A stretch of 64,000 bases of DNA from Phoronis australis (lineage: Eukaryota; Animalia; Phoronida): assembly GCA_002633005.1 (NCBI GenBank), contig NMRA01000322.1:310001-374000 (forward strand), read 5' to 3'. Both the position numbers and the translations under genes were made by a program. Shown in pieces: positions 38,393-53,300 of this stretch. The number at the start of each line of letters is the position of its first letter. Positions within the stretch are counted from its first letter, which is position 1. The notes below the pieces were generated by a model, which worked only from the letters and a program-made list of their open reading frames with translations, had not been told where the DNA came from and searched no databases.

Positions 38393-41300
38393 CTGAAAAA
38401 AATAACAATTTGTCATGAAAGCTGAACATTAGCAAGACCAAACATTCTCGTAATCGAGGAATTTTCTAGTGTACTTAACTTAAACCTATCCCATCACTCC
38501 CAGCAGGAATGTCACACACTAAAGAATGTTCAGTGCCCCATTACTCGAAGAGTATAGTCAAAAATTTATTTTTTTTGGTTTGGCTTTTTGTCTGCTTTCA
38601 AGCAGGCTAAGGATTTCTGTAATTTTATGTCTACCTAATGTTCTCAAACTTTAAGACCAGACTTCAGCAAGACCTCCATTTTCAGCATCAATGCTGCCTG
38701 TCCGCACTGGGTTTTCACGTACAAGCTATTTTTCGCTTCGACACCTACTGCCATGTTTTAAGGGTGATGTACAAACTACAGGGTCCAAACTACAGACCTG
38801 TGTACCACCAAAACTGCATTGGAGTACTTTGAACACCAGATTTTCAGATTTCCGCGTACAGACCAATTTTACCCTAAAATATAGGGGGGGGGTTCAATTT
38901 TTTGCAGTGGACTTCTCACTAACTAAAAAAACGGGTTTGCTCAGCGTTCAGAGCTTTTGCAGAATTCTTGCCTCTTTAGTGGACATTTGTCTCATTTTCT
39001 CGGACTTTTGGTTTCTCTCAGGACCCTTTTGCCCACTTTGCCAAATGGGGGACTCATTCAAGCACCCAACTGGGTACGCACATGGGCACTTTTCTAGTAC
39101 TTACTTGCTTCTGAAACAGTTTCTAAAATACACAAAGCCAATTGATAACCAATTTTCAAAATAATTTATTTTTGTTTAGTTGAGGGACAACGTGCTTAGT
39201 GAAAAGATCCTGTTAATCATTAGAAAATGTCCTTAATGAACTTAGTTGTGTTTAATACACGCCTAATGTACACCTCATTTCTTAACACAAAAAATATCTG
39301 CAAAAATGTGTTGATAAATCTATACTGGACAATGTTTTGCACCAGACTCTATTTTCTTAACTATTCACAAAAGTTTGGAATAATTATTCATTGCAAGTGT
39401 CTATGAACACGTACCACCATACTGCATGCAAAAAGACCTTGAGGCTCGACTGTGCCTTGAGTATTATCGTCAGCTCAACATGCTACGAAGTCAGTGCAAT
39501 CACCATGTCCACAAAAAACACGCTACACATCTTACAGTATAAATTCCACGGTCCCTTGAATAAGACATTGTCATTCTTTGGAATAACGTGGCAAAAACAG
39601 ATGTCCCCTTCTTTCAGAAGCTACTTTCTTCACAGCTCGGAATATGCGACCACTCATGCTTTGCCATTTTGTCAACAGTACGTATTTAGCCGTAAATAGC
39701 CAGAATTAGACAAAGTAAGCAATCCACAAATCACAGAAGTCGTCGTTTATAGGTTACGCCTGTGACACACATACTGATAGAAGAGGCCTAGCGATTCCCC
39801 GATTATCAAGCTATTTAGAGAATGAAACAAAGCAAGTTTTCCAAGTTTGAAGCTCAACTTTTTGGCTAAAATAATGATTTTACAATATGTTTTTAATTTC
39901 AAACTTTAAAGTTTTCTTCCTTGTGTTTTGACTACAAATCGGCGTATTTATTGAGAAACAAGCGAATTAATAATCTCTTTTGAATGTGCTGAATTTGCGT
40001 ATTTTTGCCTGTGGCTGTGAGTACTTGCGTACTGGAGGCTTGATTTCCGTACGAATCCGCATTTTTTGCGTATGGTACGCAGGTCTAAAACTGTTACAGA
40101 AATGACAATGCGCCATTCGTAGCCTAAGGGTAATACAACAGACCTTTCCGAGACTCTACGTGGGCACATGAAAATCAATGAGAGCGTACTTCTCCTCAAC
40201 AGAATCACTTCCGACACATTTCATGAGAGTCTTTTGATCAAACAGAGATGGCAGCTACATGTACTTTTATATTTGTGGCACAGAATACAAATTTAACAAC
40301 AATAGCTGTTGCAGTCACCATATGATTACTGGGGACTAGACCCTCACAGTTATTCATTGAAGAAAACTGGTACCAAAAATCCAGGACACCTGTAAGGCAC
40401 TATTACTAATAATTGTATGAAACGTTCGCTGATAAATAACTCTGAGAAACAGACTTACGAATGGAGACTATGAACCCCGCCCTCAAACTGTGCCGATGTA
40501 GTCCGTCGCTCAAACTTCAGTTCACCACGGTACATCATGGATCTGCAAAGAGACCAGGATAAGTTTTATCAAAAATCTGCTCTCCCAAAGGCTTAGGTAG
40601 CCATTTTTGTCACTGAAACATTAATCGCCCCTATACTCCCACGTTCTTTCACAAAAATGACTTTCAATTTAGACCATTTATGGCTGTGAAATTGGTAAAA
40701 ATTTGTTCCTTAATCAAATTAGGTGTGAATTCAGGGTTTTGAACGAACTGACTGGTAGACGCCAGGCACAACAATTTGACTTGTCACGCCGTGTCATTTT
40801 ACTTGCATGCCAAGCAAGGTCTCTAACAATAATGAACCATCAGTTCTTTGCAAGGCCAAAAATGATTTGTTATATGAGTAAGTAACAACTTGTGCCCAGT
40901 TTTACAGCTCACCAAGGGATCAAAATCAAAAGTTACTCTTTTCAACGAAGCATGGTTCATAGCTACTTTAAGGAAAAAGTAACCGACTTTACGTGCTTAT
41001 TTAATCAGAAGTTATGTCAGAACCCCGAAAATGTCCAAATTTTCGGAACATTAGATCTCAGTAACGACTGAATTGGATTCATAAGAAACTCTCACATACT
41101 ATGCGGCGTACAATGTTCGCTAAAACACTGCAATGAATACCAGCTCTAAAACAGGTAAAGACTATAAACCATTCTGCAGGTGCTAAAAACGAACGTCTTC
41201 AGATGTGTATTTGCCTTTCCAAAGTGCCATCCCGGGCTTGTCCATTGCTTGAACTGAATTTCATAGCAAGCAGCGAAATCCATGGAATTCATGGAATGCT

Positions 41301-44300
41301 TCCATTGTCCAAAATTAGTTGCTTACTACACCATTTTCATAAGACTTCTTGTCCTGTTCAGTTTTGCATGATTAAGGCTTCTTTGGCAGTGATGTGGAAT
41401 TACTGAATGGGAGTATTTATGAACAGTGTTTGTGCAGTATTTTTAATACGTCATGTGATGCATTCACACCATTTCATTAGCCAAGGTCTCGTGTCAAAAT
41501 AACATGCAGTGATTCACCAAGGAGTTGAACAAAACACAAAGCACAATTAGATATGCTCTGGATCTCGAACTACTTTCAAGCTAAAAAAACACGTTTGAGG
41601 AGCTGCCTCCACATTTCAACATATTACAACACAAGACGGCAGAAAAAAGAAATTTAATTTTCTAATTTTTTCATTGAGACGCATTCAGGCCTTCATGCAG
41701 CGTACGTCCTGGGCGTCCAAATGGACGCCCTAGCACTAATGTAGACGCCCTGGCAAGGACGCCCAATGTATCATTTGGACGCCCTGTCAATCAGAATTTC
41801 TCCAGTTTGGACACCCACATTGAAAGATTACTAAGACTCCCAGTTAATCAAAGCGGGAAGTTGGCCCTTTCAACTCAGAAAGAAATATACAAAATATTTA
41901 AAATGTTGCAATATTCAAACTATTTGGTAGACCTGTCAATCATTAGCACGTGGTTGGTTGCCAGAGTGTCTGCTTTCAATAGATTCACATGCCACTGCCA
42001 TTCTGTACTTTATATAGGGACATGGACCTTGCTTAACTCCAAACTGGTGTTTCAGAGCTGTAATTTCATGTACTTCATCTTTTTTTAAAAATACCAAAAG
42101 CAAAATAAATGTCATTATTTTAATAATATGATGAGCCGCAAGAATATCCCCATTTAAAATGTTTGAGTTTTCGCCTGTTTCATGCTTTTCTATGTGCGTC
42201 TAAAATGGAGCAGCAGTGACACCTGTTGTCAAAATATAAACCAACATCATCTGTGCATTTTTCTTTTGTTGGTAACTGTAGCTTTGATGACTCATTGTAC
42301 AGAATATAAAGCTAGTGAAGTTGATATAATAAACTTTATAACAGAATTTGACTTGAGATGACCAAAAACAGTGCACTCATCGTTCAACCAATATCTGTTA
42401 TATCTGTAATACCCGTTTGGTAAGCTATTTGGCTGTTTTCGTAAATTTAAACATAAAAGTCTTGACCAACAGTATTTTAGTACTTAAAAAAGCCCAATAN
42501 NNNNNNNNNNNNNNNNNNNNNNNNNNNNNNNNNNNNNNNNNNNNNNNNNNNNNNNNNNNNNNNNNNNNNNNNNNNNNNNNNNNNNNNNNNNNNNNNNNNN
42601 NNNNNNNNNNNNNNNNNNNNNNNNNNNNNNNNNNNNNNNNNNNNNNNNNNNNNNNNNNNNNNNNNNNNNNNNNNNNGGGGGGTAATGCGGCGTTGGAATC
42701 ATGGACGCCCTGGAATATTAGGAACCCCATTTTGGACACCCTATGTTCGAAATCCTAGATGAAGCCCTGGACGCATTGCACCAAAATCGTGCTCTGCCAT
42801 GCTCAAGTTGTGTACGACTGCCACCAACAGACTTTTTTTTCTCATAGTTCCTTTCTCATTTTCAATGTCTTTTGTTGTGAATGGCCATAGTTTTCTCAAG
42901 ACATTATTTTTGTCCGAAATTGGTGAGATTTTATTGTAGTTGTAGATGAATGTCATGTACAACAATGAGAGAATGTTGATCAGGCTTAGCATGTACTTAC
43001 CGTAAGGCTGACAGACTTTTGGCTCCAATGTCCTGGCAGCCATGTTGGATGCCAGCAATCAGGTAAGGCGCAAATCTATGAATAGAGCCCTTGTCTACGA
43101 TGGAGCCCGACACGCCCTGTGCTACCTTAATCTTGTCGTTCTCACTGCAATACAATGCACACACAAACACAATAAATAACAAAACTCCCACAAATATATT
43201 CAGCCAGTTATCATGGAACATATATAGGCTTCTTGTTACCACAGAACTTTTACAACTAACCTAGACTCACTGTTACAAGTGCTTCCCATCAGCCTGCTCC
43301 ACTTCAACAATGAATTGATGTTTGGAATCACTGGAGAAATTACTTTCCGAATGAAGAAAACAATAATGTTCACACTGAGATTATTTTCACCAATCACAAC
43401 GTTAAATTTCTGTTTTAACTTTTCGACATCTGGAGAGCTCAAATTTCAGCGTTCAGAACTAATTTCAGTGGATTAGAAGATTAATCTACTTTTCTGAAAT
43501 AAGGTTTCAGTGACTGCTAAGCCCGATTCCACAGTAGCTGCCCCATTCATTACAAGAGAAAATATCAAGTAGTTAAGCATCCGTTCAATTTGTTGGTCTA
43601 GTTGGCTCTAAAGGTACGATATAGTTTCGTTCTCAGTAAAATTAACTGGAAATGAATTCCGCAGTATGTTTGTGTGCAGCAAACAAATATTGTGGAATCA
43701 ACCTCATTCTGGTCTTCAAACCTGGACAGTTGACAGTTCTCCACTTAATAAAAATGAAAAGTGACAGGTATACATTTCAATACAATCTACCATTCGCTTT
43801 GATAGGAAAGTGCTGGTTTCAAACCCAGCAGGCTGCAATATTCCGTGCCCAAAGTTCTGAAGGGCGGTGCGCACAGGAGAGCATTTCCCAAGCATGAATG
43901 CGTGAAAATCAAGAATCGGCTTAGATTCCATCAAACTGGGTCAAATCAAAAAAAAGCAGACGATGTGCGCTATGGCAAAGCATAAGCATACTTGTTTAGA
44001 ATTTGATCGAAACTGCCAAAATACTGCAGGAGTTGCGTGCAGACAAGCATTTTAAAACTGATAGCTGACAACATGCTGTTTTCACATTTTATACAAGTCC
44101 CAACAGCTCAATGTTAATTCAGTCCACCATTACCAAGAAAATGTTGGCCATTATATACATGTAGTTGCTATGCAGATGCGGGGATGCAGGAAAGTACCGG
44201 TGAACTGCGAAATGCCAATGATATGCTGATATGCAACGGCACTTCATACACCAGTACAACTGTGGCGTCAACATTTTCGCAAAAACTTGTTTTTGCTATC

Positions 44301-47300
44301 CGCACAAGCACAGTGAAAATGGCTTTTCCAGAAAGCTGTGTGTGTTTATTTGGCACATAAGTACAGTGGACACTGGGTTCTAAGAATTACATCCTGGGAC
44401 ACAATTTCAAAACATTATTGGTTGTTGGATTAATTAGACATGTGCAGAGGCATAATTGCGCTTATGATTTCAGAAAAAAATGAAAAACAAAATCAGAACG
44501 AACTTCCTGAATAATTACTTGTAATACTTTAAAAATAAGTTTTCACCTTGAGACTATTGGGTACTAAGAGATCAGTACTTGTAGGCCCATATAAGTACTG
44601 TAACATGAAAAGCAGGCGAGAGTCGTAATTGAAAAGTTTACAAGTTAACAGCAGCAGCCATGCGACAAAGGCGAACGCACACAGAATTGCCAAAAAATGT
44701 CAGCGCCACCAGTCTTCCTCCATCATGGTCCCCATGGGCGTTCAGGGGACAGTTACCAAGCAAACTGACTTAGCTAAGACAAATCTTAAATGTGCATCAA
44801 TTTTAAGATAAAACTTCAATTTGTCTGAAGTCCGTTCCAAGAAGGTGATCTTAGGTTTGACTTAAGTTTTTGACTTAAGTTTTGTCTTAACCTGATGTGG
44901 TGGAAGTTTAAAAGTTGAGTCAAATCTTAGATTCAAGTAAAAATGAATTTAAGTCAGTTTCTTGGAACGGGCCCCTGAATTACAGTGTTCTTTTCTCATT
45001 AATGCAAGTAGTTCCTTTTCTCATCAACTACAATTCAGATCTTACTAACTCTTTTTCTCATTGAAAGCATTTCATTTCTCATGAATGGTATTTTCTTCCC
45101 CCAGCAAAATATCATTTCGTGGGACATCTTGGATTTCAGGTCGACTTACCCCATAGTTGCAGAGAGTTCTATTCGCGAACAAAGCCGAGATCAACATGAA
45201 ATTAAGTTTTGAAAGACATAAAGTTGTACAGATATTCTTGAAAAGACCACAGCAAATTGTTTTAAACACCTAACGTGAGTTGGAGGTTGGAATTATTTGG
45301 GTTTCTCTAGCAAGCAAGATATTGCTGGAGGCCACACAATAACAGAAGCAGACGTCCATTACTAACAGTGTAATCCAGAGTATCGTATAAAAAGAGTCCA
45401 TCTGAAATGTTGTAACATTTAAAAAAATTGAGGTATGATGAACAAATACGTTGTAAACATATCTTTGTCCTATAGCATGATAGGAACCATCTGAGAGTAC
45501 TAAAGAAAGTGTGCTGCAAAATAAGTTTTATTTAACAAAGTGGAAAACAGGCATTTGACTTTATGTATGAATACTTTGTCAGTCAAGCTGATTGTCTCTG
45601 ACGGTTACTATACCTTGTCAAAATTAACATGACCGACAGGGGTGACAGAGTAATCAAATTTGTCCAAAAATCATTCGGTACCCCGACATATCCATCACGT
45701 CTTAGTATCGAGGTTCATGAAAATCTGGTGCGCTTATCTGACAATAATCGACAGACAAGGCAAATCCGGCAGAAAATTAAAATGGCCAACAGAGGCAAAA
45801 TGAAAACGCTACTAGGGGACAAAGCGTTCCTTGGATCCACCTAAACGTCGTCGTCTGCTGTTAGCTTCATATAGATACACTTACTAAATTTAATAAAAAT
45901 CCTTCAATGGGTTTAGGAGATACACCTATGGGCGCAAAATAAAACAAAACTACCACTAGGAGGCGCCACAGTAGTCAAAGTAATCACCTCTTCACACTGA
46001 GAACATATAAATCATCCTTAGAATGAATTGGTTGATAGAGGGTAGACTTAAAAACAGCAAAAATGGCCACTAGGTGGTATGAAATACCTCGATTTCATCT
46101 GAAAATGGAAGGATGGCGTCATCTCACCAATAGGTGTCTATAATCCGTTAAGGACCTTTCAAGACACAGAGGTGAATGTAAAAAACTAAAATTGCCACTA
46201 GGGGGCACACTGGTGGTCAGATCCGTCTGAAAGTCATGGTCAACAGTTGTCAACATCATATAAATACACTTGTTAAATTTAGTAAAGATCGTGCAAACGG
46301 TTTAGGAGATACAGCAATGGGCGCAAACAAAACTGCCACTAGGAAGCGCCACAGTAGCCAAAGTCATCGGAAAATCATCATCAGCCGTCCTCTTCATTGT
46401 ACGAATATACATGCCAATTTTCACAATCATCCTTAGAGTGGTTTGGTTGACAGAGGGGTGGAAACCAACAAGCATACTCGAAAACAGTAAAATTGGCCAC
46501 TAGGTGGCGCAAACTACATCGAATACATCCGAAAACGGGAGGATGACATCATCTCAATACTAGATGCATATATGCCAAAAAACTAAATTTGCCACTAGGG
46601 GGCACACCAGTAGTCGGATCCATTCGAAAGTTCCCTCATGCTGTCCCATGCATGAAAGGAACACGTGCAAAATTTCATGAATATACCTCAAACGGTTTTG
46701 GAGATAGAACAGCGGACGCCGAATGGCATAATGCGTCCACATATAAATATGTGGGCGCATAAAAATTATTTTATCAAACTTGTCAACAATTTAGTAAACA
46801 GGAAAATTTTACTTTTTCCAATGTTTATTTAGCACAACTGTCAACAAGAAGCAAACAATGAAATTCAGTCATTTGTAACAATACAATCAGCTTTTGAAAG
46901 TTGGAAAAATGATGATTTTGCGATAATTTTTTAACAAATTTTAGGAGACTTTGTCATACACTGTTCTCAGTTTTGCAGTTTTGAATTTGAGCGCAAACAG
47001 AAAAACCAAGGCAACGCAGCTAAATGTTTTTAAAATGATAATGCACCAAATAAACAAAAGAATTTCTATATTTATTAGAAGTGTGTTAATACAAATTGAG
47101 GAAAGCTTGATAAAAACAAGACAACATTAAGTAGCTGTATACATGCAAAGGACATGCAGGATCCTAACATGAAACATTAAGACAAACTACTTGTTCTTAG
47201 CCTACAGTGGGCAAAAATATATAAAAGACATTATTCACTAGCGCTGGGCCATGGGGGTAGCAAGTTGAGGTTTTGCGTCATGAAAACGGTATTTTTTGTT

Positions 47301-50300
47301 TGCGTACATCATTTATCTTCAACTGGTGTGAGAATCTATAAGACAACTGGTAGCAAGCATAGGAAGGAGAAAATTATTCAGGGGCAAAATTTGTGAAACT
47401 GTGGCCCCTGTTCAACTGTTTTCGACTCCACCTCTGACATCGCTAATTTCTAAATTCCACATCATAACCAACTTCAAACACCCATTATCTGCTATTTTCT
47501 CCCCTGGGGTCTTTAGTCAATTTTCAATTGCGGATGCCACGAATGAAGGTATTATGGCTACGTTTTGAGATAAATTGCTATTATCACAGCAATACCACCA
47601 AGTCTCCCTGCTTCCTATGGTCCGCAACGGAACAGTTGCATGCATTCATTTTAATAATTTTGAATTTTGCATGATGAGGACAGAAGATGACATTCACAAA
47701 ATGACCCAAAATTGCAGCCTATTTACACGTGTTAATACATGTTAGGAAAATTCGATTCAGTTACCATTCCAAAAAATTGAGATTTCCGGATATCAAGCAA
47801 GTCCATAAGGGAACATTGATGAGTATTCCAGAGAATGGTGATATAGCAACCAGATTACCATCACAACCCAACAGCTGTGAACTTCTGTATCAAGCACTAA
47901 CAGTTGACGTTGAAAAGATAGCCCAGGGTAGAACATTGGATGCACCATCACCGTGTGTGGGAAGAATGATGAAATGCCAGGGGTCTGTCAACTAATTTTG
48001 GTGAGAAATCAAGCACTGGGTCATCTGGAACACTACCACAAGAGTCTCCTTTAACAAGGTTATTATGAAGATAAATGGCAACATGAAACAATCGAAGGCC
48101 TGATCTTAAAACTACAACCCTTGATTAACACTCAGTCATGGACAATAGGATCTCTTGATGGCTACAAATTTGATTTCAACGAGTGCTTTATTCAAATTTG
48201 AGATATCTGGGCTCACGAAGAACCGACAAGTTATGTGCTGAAAACTGAACTTACCGTAATCGTTCGGGTTAACGCCCATGCTCAGTTAACCGCCCATCCC
48301 CGGCTTTAGGTGGATTTTCGATTTAACCGCCCACTGCTCAGTTAAGCGCCCCCCTGCGATTTTTGAAGATTTCCAGTTAAGCGCCCACCTCTCGGTTAAG
48401 CGCCCATCCCCGACTTTTAAAGAATGAAGATTTAGCGCCTATTGCTAAGGAAACGCGCGATTCCCCGACTTTTAGAAAAAGATCGATCAAAATGATTGCA
48501 ACGACGCCGGGACTCCGAGACGGTGGTTTAGCAATCTGAATTACAATACAGGTAACGAGTTATTGTCTTGGGTCATGAACTCACTTCCAAATATATTACT
48601 TGAACCTTTTTGTCACTTTATTTTCTTCCCTTGTTTGCAAAGTTTAAGAATGCCGCCGGCGTCAAAACCTCCGCTTTCAGCGACTTTGTCTGCCGCGCTG
48701 AGTTTCCATCTGCAGTGCACTAGATAAAACATATATTCGAAAAAATCAGGCCAGAGAAATGTGACAATGGTTTTGCCAACCCTCCAAATTCTATTAAGGT
48801 GGGAAGCTCTCGTATTTTGAACAAATCTCANTTAGGGAGCATCGAGCCGGGAAATATGGGAATAGACTTGACATTGCAGTTTTGGGGAACACTGGCAACG
48901 ACGGAATATCGTAAAGAACTGGGTCTTTCGTAACAACAGCTTAAAAGTACATAGTCACGCCCGTTGTTGTTACTTCGTCGGACTGTCGCTATGTGTGACT
49001 GATTTGTAGTGGTGCACGTGCGCAAGTTCCCACACTTTGGAGTGCATGTTACCTTGACACCAACATGTGATTGACAGGTGACTCACACGTAGGCCCTACG
49101 TGCGTGCTGAATACCGCAACTATCTTTGGCCATAAAAAACGAGATGCATATTGAAAGAGGCCGTTATATTACTTGACGGCATTTCCAAGTCACGATTGTC
49201 AGCCGAGTGAGACATTGCGCGATAACAGCAGGACCGAACAGTGCCGCAGTGCGATATTACAAGTGATATGAATAGGATAATCTGGACATCTTGAATGAAA
49301 AATAAATGTTTTTCCACCACGAAGTTTGGTAAGGTGATCGTTTAGAAAAATGAATTGAAACATTTGCTGTTTCCTGACATTTTGTAACATATTTATGCAG
49401 TTGCTTGAAATTTTCTTCTTGATCGACTACTGGCTCGACCACTCCCGATCCTTGTCTTACTTCTTTGCATAGCATGTTTGGAGCAACGGCAAGAGAGCAA
49501 TACCGGGCTGTCGAGATAAGACAGCTAGCCGCAGAACCATACGCTGAAAATGTCATTGAGTCACGGAGTGTCGACTATAACATCCCAAACACAAAAAAAC
49601 AACAGAGTTAAGTTTTTCAAACTTTTATAACAACCAATTTTAAAACTGCTCTCTGACACAGAACTTGACAGCTACATATAGTACGAGACTGTAACCATAA
49701 ATTTGATGACCTCTGCAACACGTGAAGCTTGCACGCGCGCACTTAAGCAGGGTCACATCTTAATTGAAACAGTTTTAATTCTAGTGGAGGCTGCGTGGTG
49801 ACTGGTCGTCTGCGCACAGCAGGACGGCACGGGGCTATTACTCAGCAATTCTGTAAATTTAATAGTGAATGACTAATCTGAGGGCAAGAGAACCTTTGTT
49901 GGGATCATCTACTGTATTTTCACTGTCATTTGGCAACGTGACAATAAAGCTCTTTGAAAAGGGCTACGCGTTCCGAGTATGATTGTCGTGTCGGGATTTA
50001 GATCACCAGGTAAGATTAACCGCCCAGGGCGGTTGTCTGTCGTAATAAGCGCCCATGTTCGGTTAACTGCCCATCCCCTACTTTAGCTGGATTTTCGATT
50101 TAACCGCCCACTGCTCGGTTAACCGCCCTCCCCCGATTTTTTGGATTCGCCAATTTAACCGCCCAGGGCGTTAACCCGAACGATTACGGTAAAAGCCTGA
50201 TACGGCGCCAAAATGACTATTTTAACATCTAAAATACAAAACATCAATTGAAAATAAGTGTCATAGCATACCCCAGTCATTAATGACAATACAGTAGCCC

Positions 50301-53300
50301 CATCGCGAACCCCATTTAGCGCCAAAAAAACTGAGATGGCGCTTGCACTAATCAAAGCCTGTAACATCATTGTTACGAGTTTGGCTTTCACCGTTGTATT
50401 GGAATCAGCGAAGACTGGCAATTTAATTTAGAACAAAATACAGGGAAAATCAAGGAAACACGTTAATTGTTCATTTGATGTCAATTAATATTTTAATTGA
50501 TCCAAATCATTACCTTTAGAACTTTTTATGCAAATATTTAGCACACATTCTAATACGGCCAGTATGGGAATCCACGGGAGGGTGACTGGGTTCGCCGAAA
50601 CAGCCGGATAAACGAAACACTTTGTTACAATTTAGGCAATTTCACAATTTTTATTACAGTGTAGTTTGTTTGATACAAAAACTTTGATGTTAGGAAGTTT
50701 GCATTCATGTCTTCTTGAAGTCAAAGGTGTGAACGCTGCGTGATTCCAATATGGGCCACTGTCGAGTGTGTGCCCCATATTGAAATCGGCGGCAATACGC
50801 CATTTAATTTGGTGCAAAATATGTGGAAATGTTACAACACATATCAGCTTGATCCTTTCGTACAAAGCAATTAAATTTGAATTCATTGAAAATTTTATAT
50901 TAGAAACTCAATAGTTCAGTTATTTTAGAAAAATCCATCAGATTTTCAAAACACTCATACAGTTACCAAAGATACACCCATGGCGTACTTTTGGGTGGGC
51001 CTGTTTTTGGAAATCCCTGGTATGTGTTTGATTAAATTGAAACACCAATAGCCGTTTAAAGGATTTTATGACAGGTAACGGCTGAAAATTTTTGGAGGAA
51101 ACTTAATAGGAACTTACCCGGTATCAAAACATTAGGATTTCTCAGGAACAGATGCAACATAACATTAAATTCTAGGAAAAAATGCAGGAAGTCTACCGTA
51201 GCTAACTTTATTTTTAATTAAGAAATATGAGAAACTTATGACCAGTAGCCAATATACATTGTTGGTAGAAGTTGCTGCACTGTCTCAGGTGAGTGGAAAA
51301 CCACATTCTTACAAGAGGACAGCAGGAAATTCTTTACCATTGAAAGAGATTGCACGGTTATGGAGAAATGATGAGTAAATGGAGAAAATATAATTATGCA
51401 TGTACAGTAGCATAAAGCCAAGATTTCTAGCTAAACCTGTGTCTGAACATCAATGGACACAAGCCTGGTACACAGTGGTAGTGATATAGATGAACCCCTT
51501 GAAATAACCAGAGTGACGGTTCTTTTCCTTCATTTTCACCAACACAATGGTCAGTTTCACCAACAGCCAGTTGAGAAATGCACTGACAGTGGCCTATATC
51601 TTAGGCAGGACACTGGTACACTCTCTAAGGAAGCTAGCTTCACCAAGACTATTTGTTTATAACATAAACCATGCTAATGGTCATCAGATGTGTACCATCA
51701 GGAAGAGATAACCAGGAAGGTACCATGCAATTCAGTCATTGATGAAAGTCCACAGAGAGTGAACCCATAACATTGTAATGAAAGCACTCCGAGGAGCGAA
51801 ACTTGGCAAAATTAACCCAAAAAACACGTTAGAGATGACGAGAAAAGACGACGACAGAGATGATGACGAAGATGACAGCTATGACGACGATGGTGGCGAT
51901 GATGGACAATGCAAGTTATGATATCATTCATATGACGAACGTAGAGGTCAGAAATCACTAAGAAATAGGCTACAGTTTTGAGCGACACTTGGCGAAATTA
52001 ACTGAAGACGATGTCGGAGATGATGACGAAGATGACGAATATGATGATGGTGGTGGCGATTATGAACAACATCATAACATTCATATGACGAACTTAGATA
52101 TCATAAATCAATAAGAAATAGGCTACAGTCTAGATCAATAGAAGCTAAACCAACATCAATGCTACAAGAGTGCTCAACAAAGGAACAGCGTTATCAGAAA
52201 ATCTCAAATAACTCGAAAAGTAGACGTCCTAGCAAAAAATGAAAAACATCTTCTGAAAGCCCGTTCAAAACTCTATCTAAATTGATAATATCACACAATT
52301 CCATGAGTTTTTCTAAAAAAGTGAAATTTTGCGTTTTTTTTAATTTAAAGACAAATATCTCGAAAATGGTAAGTCTGAGAAAAAAATTTGAACGAGTATA
52401 CCTTAGAGAATCCACATGCAAAAATTCACGTCATTTCCTCCTCCCGTATAAATGGCACTTCAGCACGACTGAAAATGGGTCAACATGCGCCAGATCCGCC
52501 ATTTTGAAAGCAACTTCCGGTTTTTTGGCTTTGTTTAATAGCAAGTCATAAAAAACTAATAACTGCAAAAATTCAAAGGAATTGGCCCTATATTGCGCCC
52601 TCTACAGGAGAAAACGTTTTTTGCCCGAAATCGAGGTGCGCATGCGCGAATGCCAATATTTCCGCCATCTTTGAACGGAAGTAAACAATTTCCGATACAC
52701 ATGTAGTGCACATCCGGTCCATTGATTGTGCTGAGTTTCAAATGTGTACGTAAAAAATTGTAGCCTCCAGAAGCCTTTGAATCTTAAAATCAAAACAAAA
52801 TAGCCACCACAGCCGCCATCTTGGATCCGATTTGAAGAAAAACAATAGGCTTCCAGTACTTCAGGAACTACGTGTTATGTGTAAATTTCGTGATGATCGA
52901 ACGAAAATTGCGACCTGTATCGTGCGAACAAAAAAAAGAGCAATATTCTTGGCGAAATTTATTTCATGATACGGGTCCATCACAGCTGAGGCATTCGTTA
53001 TACCAAAACATTTCAGTATTCCATGGTGAGCAGCGATAGATAGTATACATAAAAATGAGAAAATTAATAAATGAAATCCTCAAAGATATTAAGATTGTCT
53101 TAAGGTTATATAAGGAATCGAGAAAAAAAATCTCAATTAGGCAAACTTCGGAACAACATATCTCAGAGATGGCTTACTGTGTTCATATAAATTTTCAGAT
53201 ATCATGCTTTATGCACTGTTCTCTACTACATTGTTAGGAATTGCTTTTTAAAAAAATATCTTGTTTCAGAAAACCGTAACAGCGTTTTTGCCAACTCGTC

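Noticed and set aside
47750-48150. Possible LINE RT remnant on the minus strand
   Set aside because: Too degenerate to translate into convincing motifs.
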